A stretch of 63,682 nt of DNA, filler included, from Octopus bimaculoides (Eukaryota): the NCBI RefSeq assembly GCF_001194135.2. It is 5 parts of 5 records of this genome, joined end to end, with 100 filler letters (N's around TTAATTAATTAA, not from the genome) between each part and the next. Parts side by side here need not be neighbours in the genome. Positions count along the whole stretch, not along the records: positions 22,488 to 50,908 come from NC_068986.1; 4 more parts are not named here. One strand, given 5' to 3'. How positions within the stretch are numbered: position 1 is the stretch's first letter; every line of letters begins with the position of its first letter. The notes under the pieces are model-generated. The model saw only the letters and a program-made list of their open reading frames with translations, did no database searches and was not told where the DNA came from. A program made the translations under genes and the position numbers. Shown piece by piece: positions 27,613 through 39,593 of the stretch.

Positions 27613-29398
27613 TGCATGTATGCGTGTGTATGTATGTATGTACGTATGTATGTATGCATGCATATTGTCTTTATACATATATATATACAAGCACCTACCT
27701 ATTTATCTATCAAACTACCTTCCGATTTACCTACTTATAACTTTAGCATCCCTTTTCTAGCTACCAAACAAAAAAAGCTATTTTCTGTCGTTGAATATTT
27801 TACTACAGAGTACATGGTTGAGAAAGCCTATGAAAATACTAATAAACCGTTGTACCAAACTAACTTCTGTTTGGTTAAGATAATCTGCCATTTTTATCGT
27901 TAGACATGCGTAGAAGCACTATTTTCTGACCGGAGAACAAGAGCCACAAAAACGTTGAGAACTTCTACTCTCTTACCTCCCTACGGTATATTAGTGACAC
28001 CATTTCGCCGTTCTATGTATTCTAACTTTTTAATTCCGTACATAGTCATTTAAACCCTTAATGGTCAACGCTCACAGTAGCAATGAACCCTTAGATATTC
28101 ACCGTTGCAACTCCCATTTACTGTATTAGTCATTAACACCTCTCACGGTTTTATCTCAAAGCATTCTTAAAACTCACGAGCGAGTTGATGATATCATCTC
28201 TAATACCTTTTATCTCGTATTTAGTCTGAATCGCATTAAATTAATGCAAAATACATTTCATCTAAAGTAAATCCCGAATGACTGCTTCGTTTATAATCTC
28301 CGTTTTGTATTCACTGCATTTTCACATCAGGTATTTATCACTTATCACATTCACGATTTCGACCACGCCCTACTTTCCATATCCGCTCTAACAGAAGTGC
28401 TTTATCTTTTCTTCTTTCTTTCATTCAAAATGAAAGGCATTCAACAAAAAATGTTTTCGGTAACCACTTTAAGCCTCGACAAATCTATATTACTGTATTC
28501 CTAATACTGAATCTTTAACAAAAATTACATTTTCATGCTGAATAAGGTTTTCTAAAACTACGCAAGATGCAAAGAAAAACATTTCAACGTAAATGTTGGC
28601 AAATTTAATCATATAATAGTAGTTATATAATGATTTGGCATGGAAAACATACGTTTTATAAGCCTTTATATATTTCATTGCTCAAATATAATGTCACTAT
28701 TTCTCATTTAATGGCTTACGTAATGTATTATAGCTGAACAGCTTCAATACATGTAGGCGTTTGTTTGTGTACGATTTGGCTTCTGTTTTGTATTAGAAGA
28801 TTTCTCTTAAAACTAGAGGCAAGAGGAAAATAAGTCAGAATCTCAAATTACTTTTAAAACAGTCGTACATATATGAAGTAAAGATATGCTGTCAGAAATG
28901 TAGAAAAGGCGACTTTGCGGCTGAAGACGACCACAAAAATAAATTAAATCGATATTAACCCACCACCATAAGACTACTCAAACAGAAGTAAACGATTAAT
29001 GTTACACTGAAAATAAATACGAAATTTCAAGGTTGAAAATTATTTTTATAAGCTCTGCAGTAGGTAAAATACTAAAATGTTCAGACAGGTTTACATTAAA
29101 AGCATAACTTTTACTTTATCCCTTTATGGAAATTGTATAAATCATTCTTTTATTCTTTTTCTTGTTGCAGTCTTTAGAATTGCAGTCATGCTGAGGCACC
29201 GCTCTGAACAGTTTTAGTCGAACGTAAACACACCAACACCGATTGTCAAGCGCTGGTGGAAACAGACACAAGCACAAAGGCACACACACACACGCGCACA
29301 CATGCACATATATGTGGGTGCGTGTGTAAGTTGAATAAAGTTAAAACAGTCTGGTTTTCATGTTTTTTATTACGGTATTTTGATAAAATTAACGCTCA

Positions 29399-29932
29399 CA
29401 TTGTGTACTCATCAGATTTCAAATGTATTTAACTGAGTGTTGAGTTCTTGACAACTTTAGTACCTCTCAGAACGTTCCAACCAGCTGAATTTTTAGAATA
29501 CCTTTCTGAACAATCCGCATGCTCTTAACCATCACAGTTTGCTAGGCGAACCGATAGTCTGTAACTTGTTTATATTTATTAATCCACCTCATTAACTGGT
29601 TGTTATATTATTGCTGTAATTTCCGTTCAGAACAGATTTGAACATTTTAATAAACCGTTTTTCTTTTATCTTTCTTCCAACCTCACTTGTGTCATGTAGT
29701 TTGCAGAAAGGAAAAATCAGTAACAATTTCTGGCCACCTGTCTCTATATGCTCGCTCAATGAAATCTGGCGCACATTGGTGTTCCGGATTTGTTGTCTGT
29801 GGACTCGAGAGCGTTCCGGTAATACATTCCATGTCTCGCCTCTATATTTGTTGGAGCGTTCTAAGAGCAACTACAGTTGTCAAGAACTCAACTATCAGTT
29901 AAATACATTCGAAATCTGCTGAGTACACTATG
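29399..29932. mobile_element. MITE with ~80-bp TIRs, ~534 bp
   Basis: cattgtgtactcatcagatttcaaatgtatttaactgagtgttgagttcttgacaactttagtacctctcagaacgttccaac matches the reverse complement of gttggagcgttctaagagcaactacagttgtcaagaactcaactatcagttaaatacattcgaaatctgctgagtacactatg. TA on the right, CA on the left. Confidence 0.88.
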
Positions 29933-30050
29933 TATGTAAGCGCTAATTTTGTCAAAGTACCTTAAGAAACGCAAAAACCAGGTTATGTTTTAACTTTATT
30001 CAACTTATATATTATTCTATACACAAATTCGAAACAATATACATACATAT

Positions 30051-30100
<50 letters not shown>

Positions 30101-30102
<2 letters not shown>

Positions 30103-30168
30103 TAATGCATCTGTTTATTGTCTACACCACCTGTCTACGTCTTTTGTTTTTTTTTATGAATTCTCCCT
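30101..30168 (+). mobile_element. Terminal fragment of a putative Penelope-like repeat (also 48984-49052 + and 61624-61760 -)
   Basis: Shared ctaat(a/g)catctgtt...tctacaccacctgt...cgtctt...ttttt...aattctccc followed by (TA)n. Confidence 0.5.
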
Positions 30169-30195
30169 ATATACAAAGATTTGAAAGTACTCCGT

Positions 30196-30230
<35 letters not shown>

Positions 30231-30232
<2 letters not shown>

Positions 30233-30372
30233 GACGGACTACTTTCAAGTCGACAAGGCTTTCATCGGCCTGAGGCTATAGTAGAAAACACTTGTCCAAG
30301 GTGCTACACAGAGGGATTGAACCCAGAACCATGTGGTTGGGAAGCAAGATTCTTACCACACAGCCTGCACCT
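30231..30372 (-). mobile_element. SINE family 1 head
   Basis: ggctatagtagaaaacacttgtccaaggtgctacac...ttgaacccagaaccatgtggttgggaagcaag. Confidence 0.85.
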
Positions 30373-31103
30373 ATAAAACATATTAAAAGCAGATTTATAA
30401 AACTTTCCATACCAAGAGGATTTTATCTACGTCACTAGTTTAACCTAGAGTAAAGGGAATAGTTTTTGGCCTTCGAAGGCCCTCTAATAAATTTGGGATC
30501 AAAGCGATTGCTTTCTTGGTGGAAACAATTGTAAGTTAATGATTGCAAGTAAAACATGAGCAGAGCGTAATTCTAGAGTGCTTTGATTTGGACAGGAATA
30601 CACGCAGATTATGTGACAAGAAATCAAGTGCCGACGGAAGGATATGTGAGCCTGGCGGAAGGCATCACTATAACAGATAAATACAAATAGCAAAACTCAG
30701 CAAAAACAGTAGGAATCCCCAGATTAGAGGCCAACACAAATGTGGCCCAGAAGCTAGTGTGGTGGGGTGTGAGTCTGTAACTACGAAGCTAAAAGTGGTT
30801 TACAGATGAAGCATAGAAGAGGCCTGTGTTTGTAGCCACATTACCATTCCAGATTTGAGAGTAATATTCTATTGTGAGATCATTGACGTTTTGAAGAGAG
30901 TTAGCAATCGCTGAAAGCTGAAGATCTGTCTGGCGCTAAAGGTCAAGATTTTTATATTTGTTTTCTCCGTTGTTAGAGTGTAATAATCTCATGACATAGA
31001 TAGTGAGGGCAAGGGCTGTAACTCGTAGTGACTTTGATTATATATATGCATAGGTATGCATGTATATGCATTTCTGTGAACACACACACACACATACACA
31101 CAT

Positions 31104-31154
<51 letters not shown>

Positions 31155-32727
31155 GCATAAAATATAAATTTTTTTATTCATTCGGAGTACATCACTTCTG
31201 TACCTTTGCTCATATATATATATATATAAGGGTAGTAGAGTTGAATAACTGTCTAAGGGATAAGAATATCCGTTTTACTAACAGTTTAAATTACCTATAT
31301 TAACCCAGGGCATACATATGCGAGAGCATTATGCTCATAGGATACAGGCAATAACAAAGATAAAGAACAGTTTATCAGGAATGAAATTAAAATTAGACAG
31401 AAAATGGAGAAATCGTGATTAATAACAATTGACTACCATCGATTATTATTTTTTTAATACAAAACTTTATCCCATCTAACAGCCGTTTCTGCTTCCAATG
31501 TCCTGCAATGTTGCCAAAGGGAATTCTGATAATAATATTCGTCATATTTTGTAACACATCCGATCTGGAACATGGAGCTTCATGAGAGTGAAAACAATAC
31601 ACAAAATAAAACAAAAGAAAAGAAGAGCCTTGAGAAGGGGAATTAAAAGCTTAGTATGTTTAAATCATACCATTTTGTAGTGTATTGTTCCAAGCGGTTT
31701 CAAAGCGATGAAAATATTTTGACAAATGAAATTTAAATGTTGAAGTGAATCTAAAGGTTTTTGTGCGTGTTTNNNNNNNNNNNNNNNNNNNNNNNNNNNN
31801 NNNNNNNNNNNNNNNNNNNNNNNNNNNNNNNNNNNNNNNNNNNNNNNNNNNNNNNNTATATATATTGTTTTTATGCGTACATATACACAGAGACTCACGT
31901 ATAATCTCAATCTATCTATCTAACGACTTATCTATCAAAACGATCCTGCACTGGCAAAGAAAAGGCTACTTCATATACCTAACACATTTACTATAGAATT
32001 GGTGGCTGGTTTGTATACTATTGGAAAATAGAGATAATAAATCATTGCACAAAATTTGCATATATATAGTTTGGTTTTGCCTTATGACTAAATGTCGAAT
32101 GCTCATTTGTTATAATAAACCCGAAATATGCATTTAGAAATTACAATCCCCTTCAGGAAGTGAATTATGATTTGTTTTTCCGGTTTGCTAGATAATATTC
32201 TTCCGCATTTTGCACCACAGGATATCGTTAAAGAAGCAACAAAAGCCAAACGATCCATTTCTGAAAGGAATATATTTCCTTGAAACACTCAGACCTCACC
32301 TACCGTTTTCCACTTTAAATTTTTGTGGCAGCGGCGTTGCTTCAATCATGAAATACACATTTTGAAGTCGTCACAAAAAATGGCTAAAATATATAATGTG
32401 TGCGTGTGTGTACGTGTATGTGTGTCTTTGGTTGTGCGCGTACGCCTGCCTAACAAAAGGGACTCACCTAAATATGCACACTTACAAAGTTTTACATACT
32501 GAATAAATTCTAAACAATAACATAACCCCTAACATAATCAATAATTTTTTTTTTCCGAAACATCACTGCATAAAACCCCACCCAAAGATCTAAGTTATCA
32601 TTCCACTCAAACCTCAAACCTTCATACCTAAGGAATATTTTAATTTAAAAGAAACATCACAGTCTGAAGATGGTTTATGTGGCCGAAACTTCGAAATCTT
32701 TGTCAATAATATTCATGTTTAAGAATT

Positions 32728-32795
<68 letters not shown>

Positions 32796-32842
32796 CTTTA
32801 AAATACGTGATGTATGCGTTTATATGAAACAGCATGACAGAT

Positions 32843-33021
32843 AAAGTTTAAATGGCGCATAAAATTTAGATGGCAGATCAAATTTAGGCAATGAACCAAC
32901 CTTAAATAAATGATTACGTTTAGATGATGGATCGTGTTTAGAAGATAGATCAAATTTCGTTACTTGTCAAGTTTAGATCACAAATTCAGTTTAGGTGAAG
33001 GACCACGTTTGTACGAGCCAT
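32843..33021. repeat. Diverged 18-bp-period tandem array (~10 units)
   Basis: tttag/ttta cores recur every 18 bp (aaaatttagatggcagat, caaatttaggcaatgaac, tacgtttagatgatggat, cgtgtttagaagatagat...), with one 17-bp unit. Confidence 0.75.
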
Positions 33022-34250
33022 GTCGTAGAAAATGTTATATTTTAGTTATCAAAAACAAAAGAAATAAACAGTAACTATCACCTTTTCACCCTCCTTCTCA
33101 GAATGGTCAAACTCTGGCGGTCGATACTAAATTTAAGCATCTCATAATTAACGTTTGTAGGATAATATTCGGTGGGAGAGCTCCGATAAAGGCATACGAA
33201 TTTTTTTTTTAATATGCAGGTTCGTTTAAATATGGGGTTGCTATGGAGGGGATATACCTAACACCCCGTGTGAGGCACAACATCGAAATTGATTCAAGGT
33301 AATGGATTATATATTAGTAAATATGTTATTACTTCATTGAGAAGACAAGATTGAATTAGTTGTCATAAAGCTGTTATCTTAGCATTATGTTTTCCCTGGA
33401 TAACATCCACAAAATGAATTAAGATGTGCAATAACAATCTTTTGGGTGACGCAGTAAGATGATTTAAAATGTGGAGGAGATGCAAAATAACTGAAAAATG
33501 GCTTACTTCTGAGTAAACTTCTCTCTTAAACGATGAAGGCAGAAAGACGGGATGACTTTTGAATTCCTTTGGAATATTGGCCCATAAGTTAGTTTCCTGC
33601 AATTTCAGTTCTTCTTAGCTGAAAAAGAACAATTTCCACACTAAGTATGTGTCTCACAAATACAAAGAAAATATCCTATGATTTTGTGTAAGAAATTCCA
33701 GTGAAATATAACATGTAATTATTTTTCTGATCAGGGAAAATATAATTTTAAAACATGAATAACCTGCATGTATGTTTAGTGTAGACTTCATAATACAACA
33801 GGTAAATAGAGTTTCTTTATCAGGAGGATTATTATGAGTGGGAGAAATCTACGAAGTTAATGGACAATCAGAAATTTATTTCAATATAATTTAGAACGCA
33901 AACCGACATCTCTCCAGTTATAAACTTTTGGATAATCGTTGCCTTGATGCTATACACGTACATACATGTATGCACATATATTCACACATAAATAGCTTAC
34001 ATACATACATTCATATGCATACATACGTACATATAATTACTGGTACGTAAACACAGCAGCAGCGGTTGTGAAGCGATGCTTGGTGGGGGACAACCACACA
34101 CACACACACATACGACGGGCTTCTTTCAGTTTCAGTCTCCCAAATCCATATGTGTGCATATATGCGTGTGTGCGTATATATATATATATTCAACTTACGA
34201 TGAAAGTAAACAAAGCTTGCTTTAGAAGCGTTGAGATGTATTGAAAGATA

Positions 34251-34654
34251 CAGAAAATAATTTATTTTCAAACGCATGATAACGCTAATACAATAGCATG
34301 AATATGATAAACTATCCATATATTGCAGAAAAATCGTTACCGGCCAGCCATGAGATTCGAACTCACATCCCTGTGATTACGCATAAAGTACTTTACCGTT
34401 GTTCACTTTCAGCGTAAGTTGAATTTAACGTTAGCGTCTTATAAATCTAGATTTATAAATCCTAAAATTTGCAGGACAATTTCTTACGAGGCAGTTTAGC
34501 TTAAAGGTAAAGCACTTGACGCATAATCACAGAGATGTGAGTTCGAGTCTTATTGCTGGCCAGTAACGGCTTTTTTCTGCAATATAGGAAAAGCTTATCC
34601 TCTTCATGCTATTGCATTAGCATTATCAAACGTTTGAAAATAAATTATTTTCTG
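34251..34654. mobile_element. Palindromic MITE with ~145-bp inverted arms containing tRNA-like sequence
   Basis: TA|CAGAAAATAATTTATTTTCAAACG ... CGTTTGAAAATAAATTATTTTCTG|TA. Arms are about 80% identical by eye. A perfect 20-bp palindrome lies at 34439-34458. Confidence 0.85.
34490..34561 (+). tRNA. tRNA-Met(CAT)-like pseudogene or SINE head inside the MITE arm
   Basis: D-stem GCTT/AAGC, anticodon loop CG-CAT-AA, T-arm GTGAG-TTCGAGT-CTTAT, acceptor 5/7 paired, anticodon stem only 3/5 paired. Probably non-functional as a tRNA. Confidence 0.45.
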
Positions 34655-34799
34655 TATCATATATATATACATATATATATATAGAATAGAAATATGTTAC
34701 AAAAACAAGATCGAAACTTCATGGGGAAAGTAAGAAGAAAAATAAGCGAAAATGCACATTGGAAATCAAGAAAATTAAAGGCTTTTTTATGAAAACTAA

Positions 34800-34842
<43 letters not shown>

Positions 34843-35564
34843 ATTAGATGAACTGAGGTAGGAATAAAAGTCATTATTGTGAATTGTTAAGGAGATTCAA
34901 AAGCATACCGGTTACTAATCATTGCATACCCGTTACCAATCATTGCTTTGAATGCACACCGTATGTAAATAAATATATACATACGTACAGGTATACACAC
35001 ATATGTGCGTGAGTTGAAACAAAAGCATACCCAATAAACAGCAGTAGACGCCTACTTCTGGAAGGGTAGGATGTGTAGAAAAATAAACGGCTAAGGTGTT
35101 CATGAGAAAGAATAACATGTACATTACATACAATTTTAAGTTCAGAAAGTATGAAATGAAACTTATGATTACACTACTAACAGACAACAGCTGCAAGACT
35201 GATTTAGACACGAAATGGATCGGTAAAAAAGAAAAAGATGCGAAAACCTGATGTTATAAATGATTGATCATGGATAGCGAAGATATAATGTGAATCGCAG
35301 CTCCCATTTCCTTTGCATTGAAAGTGTTATTGGTTAGTATTAAACTTGCAGTTTAACTATTAATGGTAGCAACTGAGGTGGGTCGAAGTGATCTAAGAGG
35401 TCAAAGATAGATTACACTTCTCGAAAACAACATCAACAGATTAAGAGAAATATCAAACAAGTTAGTATCCATCACTTGAGACGAAGTGAATAATATATTT
35501 TGTTGTATATCAAGAGGGTCAATATGCCAATAATGAAAATACGCACTGGTTCTATTTCACTTCG

Positions 35565-35781
35565 AAGGCAGCAAGCTGGCAGAATCATTTGCATGCCGGA
35601 CAAAAGTCTTAGCGGCATTTCCTCCATTTTTGCGTTCCGAATTAAAACGGCACCGAGGTCGACTTTACTTTCATCTTTTCCGGGTCGATGAAATTAATAC
35701 CAGTTACGCAATGGAGTCGATGTAAGCGACAACCCCGCTCCCATCCAAATTCCAGGCCTTGAACCTAAGGCAGAAAGGATT
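35565..35781 (+). mobile_element. SINE family 2, diverged full-length copy with (ATT)n tail
   Basis: aaggcagcaagctggcagaatc...gaggtcgactttactttcatcttttccgggtcgatgaaattaataccag...gaaaggatt(att)n. Confidence 0.88.
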
Positions 35782-35805
35782 ATTATTATTATTATTATTA
35801 TTATT

Positions 35806-37055
35806 CAGTAGTTTTATTTTTATAACGTGCTTTCACTTCACTACCGAGCGCAGCTCTGTGCGCCTTGGGTATGTGCTGTGGTTTGCTGTGGTGCTCTTAT
35901 GTTTACTGTATTGAAAGTGTTTTGCGTAGAATGTGTGCAGTACCCAGTAGTGCAATTTTCTGTATGTTATATATATTTGTAAGTCCTGCTATTTTTGTTA
36001 TGTATTTGTCTGAATATTTTTTTATTATACCTAAGGCACCTACTATGATAGGAATTGTTTCTGTTTTNNNNNNNNNNNNNNNNNNNNNNNNNNNNNNNNN
36101 NNNNNNNNNNNNNNNNNNNNNNNNNNNNNNNNNNNNNNNNNNNNNNNNNNNNNNNNNNNNNNNNNNNNNNNNNNNNNNNNNNNNNNNNNNNNNNNNNNNN
36201 NNNNNNNNNNNNNNNNNNNNNNNNNNNNNNNNNNNNNNNNNNNNNNNNNNNNNNNNNNNNNNNNNNNNNNNNNNNNNNNNNNNNNNNNNNNNNNNNNNNN
36301 NNNNNNNNNNNNNNNNNNNNNNNNNNNNNNNNNNNNNNNNNNNNNNNNNNNNNNNNNNNNNNNNNNNNNNNNNNNNNNNNNNNNNNNNNNNNNNNNNNNN
36401 NNNNNNNNNNNNNNNNNNNNNNNNNNNNNNNNNNNNNNNNNNNNNNNNNNNNNNNNNNNNNNNNNNNNNNNNNNNNNNNNNNNNNNNNNNNNNNNNNNNN
36501 NNNNNNNNNNNNNNNNNNNNNNNNNNNNNNNNNNNNNNNNNNNNNNNNNNNNNNNNNNNNNNNNNNNNNNNNNNNNNNNNNNNNNNNNNNNNNNNNNNNN
36601 NNNNNNNNNNNNNNNNNNNNNNNNNNNNNNNNNNNNNNNNNNNNNNNNNNNNNNNNNNNNNNNNNNNNNNNNNNNNNNNNNNNNNNNNNNNNNNNNNNNN
36701 NNNNNNNNNNNNNNNNNNNNNNNNNNNNNNNNNNNNNNNNNNNNNNNNNNNNNNNNNNNNNNNNNNNNNNNNNNNNNNNNNNNNNNNNNNNNNNNNNNNN
36801 NNNNNNNNNNNNNNNNNNNNNNNNNNNNNNNNNNNNNNNNNNNNNNNNNNNNNNNNNNNGGTCCGTTGCTGTTCTAGTTTTAGTTTGGATTTCATTTGTT
36901 TTATAGCTTTTGTTGTTTCTTCTTCTTCTTCTTCTTCGTATTTGTTAGGTAGATTGATTTCTTGTTTGTATTTGTCAGCTTCCTTAAATACTGAAAACAG
37001 TTTTTTGTTTTGCTCGTGTTTTGTGGCTATTTGTATTAGTTTCCCTTGCTTCTGG

Positions 37056-37057
<2 letters not shown>
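35806..37057 (-). mobile_element. R4/Dong-like LINE, 5'-truncated, with an internal assembly gap
   Basis: ...LIQIATKHEQNKKLFSVFKEADKYKQE...TKAIKQMKSKLKLEQQRT-[gap ~800 N]-KTETIPIIVGALGIIKKYSDKYITKIAGLTNIYNIQKIALLGTAHILRKTLSIQ*, then a 3' UTR and (TAA)n. Confidence 0.88.
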
Positions 37058-37106
<49 letters not shown>

Positions 37107-37350
37107 GCCTTACTTCTCAGAACGCTCAGTCTTGTTTGTTCTGGTAGATTCTGTGAGAGCGGACAGCAGCCCGCTGTCAGAGGTCTCACAGGGTCTCATT
37201 CCGCACATTATAAGCTTTGATACTCGGTTGTTAATTATCGTCGGAGACACTCAGCATTCAAATACCAATATCGAAATCCAGGTTGTCCTCAGCAGAGCAG
37301 TTTGCATTCATGTCAATTCCGATTTCTTTGACATCTTTCTCGAGCTTATC
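37107..37350 (-). mobile_element. Another R4/Dong-like subfamily, 3' end with a distinct UTR
   Basis: DKLEKDVKEIGIDM then, after a frameshift, QTALLRTTWISILVFEC* resembles LEKYVEQIG...QKTALLGTARILRKVL. Flanked by (TAA)n on both sides. Confidence 0.65.
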
Positions 37351-37358
37351 ATTACTAC

Positions 37359-37422
<64 letters not shown>

Positions 37423-37822
37423 TTTGAGTGAGAGGGTAGTGAATTCCATCAAGGTGACACTGGGGTGAAATATACAAAGCCCAGTTAACATCTGCTGAAC
37501 CACAAAGTTACGGAAACGTAAACAAACCAGCACCGATTATCGAGCGGTGGTGGGACAGAAGGAAAGACACACTTAGACAGGCATACAGACACACACACAC
37601 ACGTATATACATATATATATATGCAGACACATTACAAGGTTCCCCGCAGTTTCCGTCTAACTAATTCTTTCACAAAGCATTAGGTGGCCCGTTATTATTG
37701 TAGGAGACGCTTTCTGAGGGTATCACAGAATGGGACTGAAGTCGAAACCTCGTGTTTGCAAAGCGAGCTGCTCGAGCATACACCCATGATGACGGCGCCT
37801 GTATATAATAAATAGAATATAA

Positions 37823-37874
<52 letters not shown>

Positions 37875-38700
37875 GTGTGTGCGTGTGCGTGTGTAAAATA
37901 AAATAATATCTGAGATAACAAGTAATAGTTTCTGACAATAAAACACGGTATCTATGCCATGAGCAGAGGTGAGCTGCAACGTCATAAACAATCCTGACCG
38001 CATGGAAAGAAAGTCGCATTAGCGAATTGTAGTAACCATATGTTTAGTCTCTAAAATAAAACACTTGATTCTGTCCTTCATTCAAGGATACTGCACTAAC
38101 CTCTGTACTTTATCGATTCCATAGGAAGCCTGACTACAACCTTGTTCATGCGTTTGTCACTGGAATCTAAAGTAGGTACAATTGTCATAAGCAGATTCAG
38201 TTTATTAATGGTTTTACAGTAGGTGGACGAATTTCCTATGTGGCTGTTTATCATGTCAGTGAATCAGTAGTAAGTCCAGTTGAAGAAAGGTAGAATCTAT
38301 GTACTTTGACAAGCAAAGAACAAAATCAATGGACGCCACAGCTAATTTTTTCTCTATCAAAGATCTGAGGTTGTTCTCTGCTCATTTGCTTGGCGCCGAG
38401 ATATAATTACAGTTGGTCACAATGTTATCATAGGATATTGGAACGGAAATTATCCATGATAAGTGTTTGTGTCTAGCGATCGATCGAGATAAAATCGTTG
38501 ACCAGGCAACATACATTTACAAATGGGGTATCAATCGCACCTGTTTTCTATGGCTAGTTGCTATAATCATACCGAAGTATTATTAGAGCTTTAAGTAAAC
38601 CTAATGTGACAGATTAATGCTTCAGTAGGCTTTGGGAGATCTGGAAGTAAGGGATATCTTTCTGCAGTAAATCAATTTCTTCTATGATTTACTAGGTTTA

Positions 38701-38842
38701 CAGAAACTCAGTTGGATACTTGAAAACTTTACTTTTAGTCCATCAAGAACAGGAAAATTATAAACAGTCTTAGTAAACTTGTCTATGATCTTCCTGTTGT
38801 TGAACTAAAAGTAAAGATTTCAAGAATCCAACTCTGTCTCTG
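38701..38842. mobile_element. Short palindromic (hairpin) MITE-like element, 142 bp
   Basis: TA|cagaaactcagttggatacttgaaaactttacttttagtccatcaagaacaggaaaattataaaca pairs with tgtctatgatcttcctgttgttgaactaaaagtaaagatttcaagaatccaactctgtctctg; loop ~10 nt. Confidence 0.8.
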
Positions 38843-39393
38843 AAATACTATTCAATCAGTTCAATGTATTACCTAAGATTTGACTATTACATCCTGGAGA
38901 TGTAATATTCACCATCACGAAAAGAATATTCGCAATCTCGCTTTCTCATAACAAGTACACTGCAGATTAGCATATCAACTGGAATGGCTGTATTGTATTT
39001 TGGTGAGAGGTGCAAGAGCAAAATCTATGATACTTTATGCATGAAACCCACAAACTGACGAAAGAAGGAAAAGAGGATAAAGAAACCGCAACTCGTACGT
39101 TTTCTAGAAACCGAAAACTCAGTACCAAGTGTTGCAACGGAAGGGACTGTGGCCCACAAGAGAGAGAGGTGATTTATGCTTAGCACCCATACACAAAACC
39201 CTGTACTTGACATTTCTTAACACATTTTCAACTACTAAGCTTGCGTTAACTCACACATTGATAGAAAATCATCTAAACTTTCGCACAGTGAATTTGAACT
39301 CCAATCAATGTGATCACAAAGTAAATTTCTGAACTAAAGCGACTACTCTTGTGTGACATGAATGTCAGGTATACTTTGTACTTATAATAATAG

Positions 39394-39593
39394 TTTCAAG
39401 TTTTGCCACAAGGGCAGCAATTTCGGGAGAGGGGATGAGTCGATTACATCGACCTTGGTGTTCAACTGGTACTTATTTTATCGACCCCGAAAGGATGAAA
39501 AGCAAAGTCGACCTTCGCGGAATTTGAACTCAGAACGAGAAGACAAGCATTTCACCCGGCGTGCTAACGATTCTGCCACCTCACCGCCTTCTC
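39394..39593 (-). mobile_element. SINE family 2 with a 17-bp target-site duplication
   Basis: TSD tgtacttataataatag at 39377-39393 and 39594-39610. Confidence 0.92.

Noticed and set aside
27960-28490. Strand-skewed unique block, possible decayed LINE RT on minus
   Set aside because: No RT motif could be recovered in any frame by eye.
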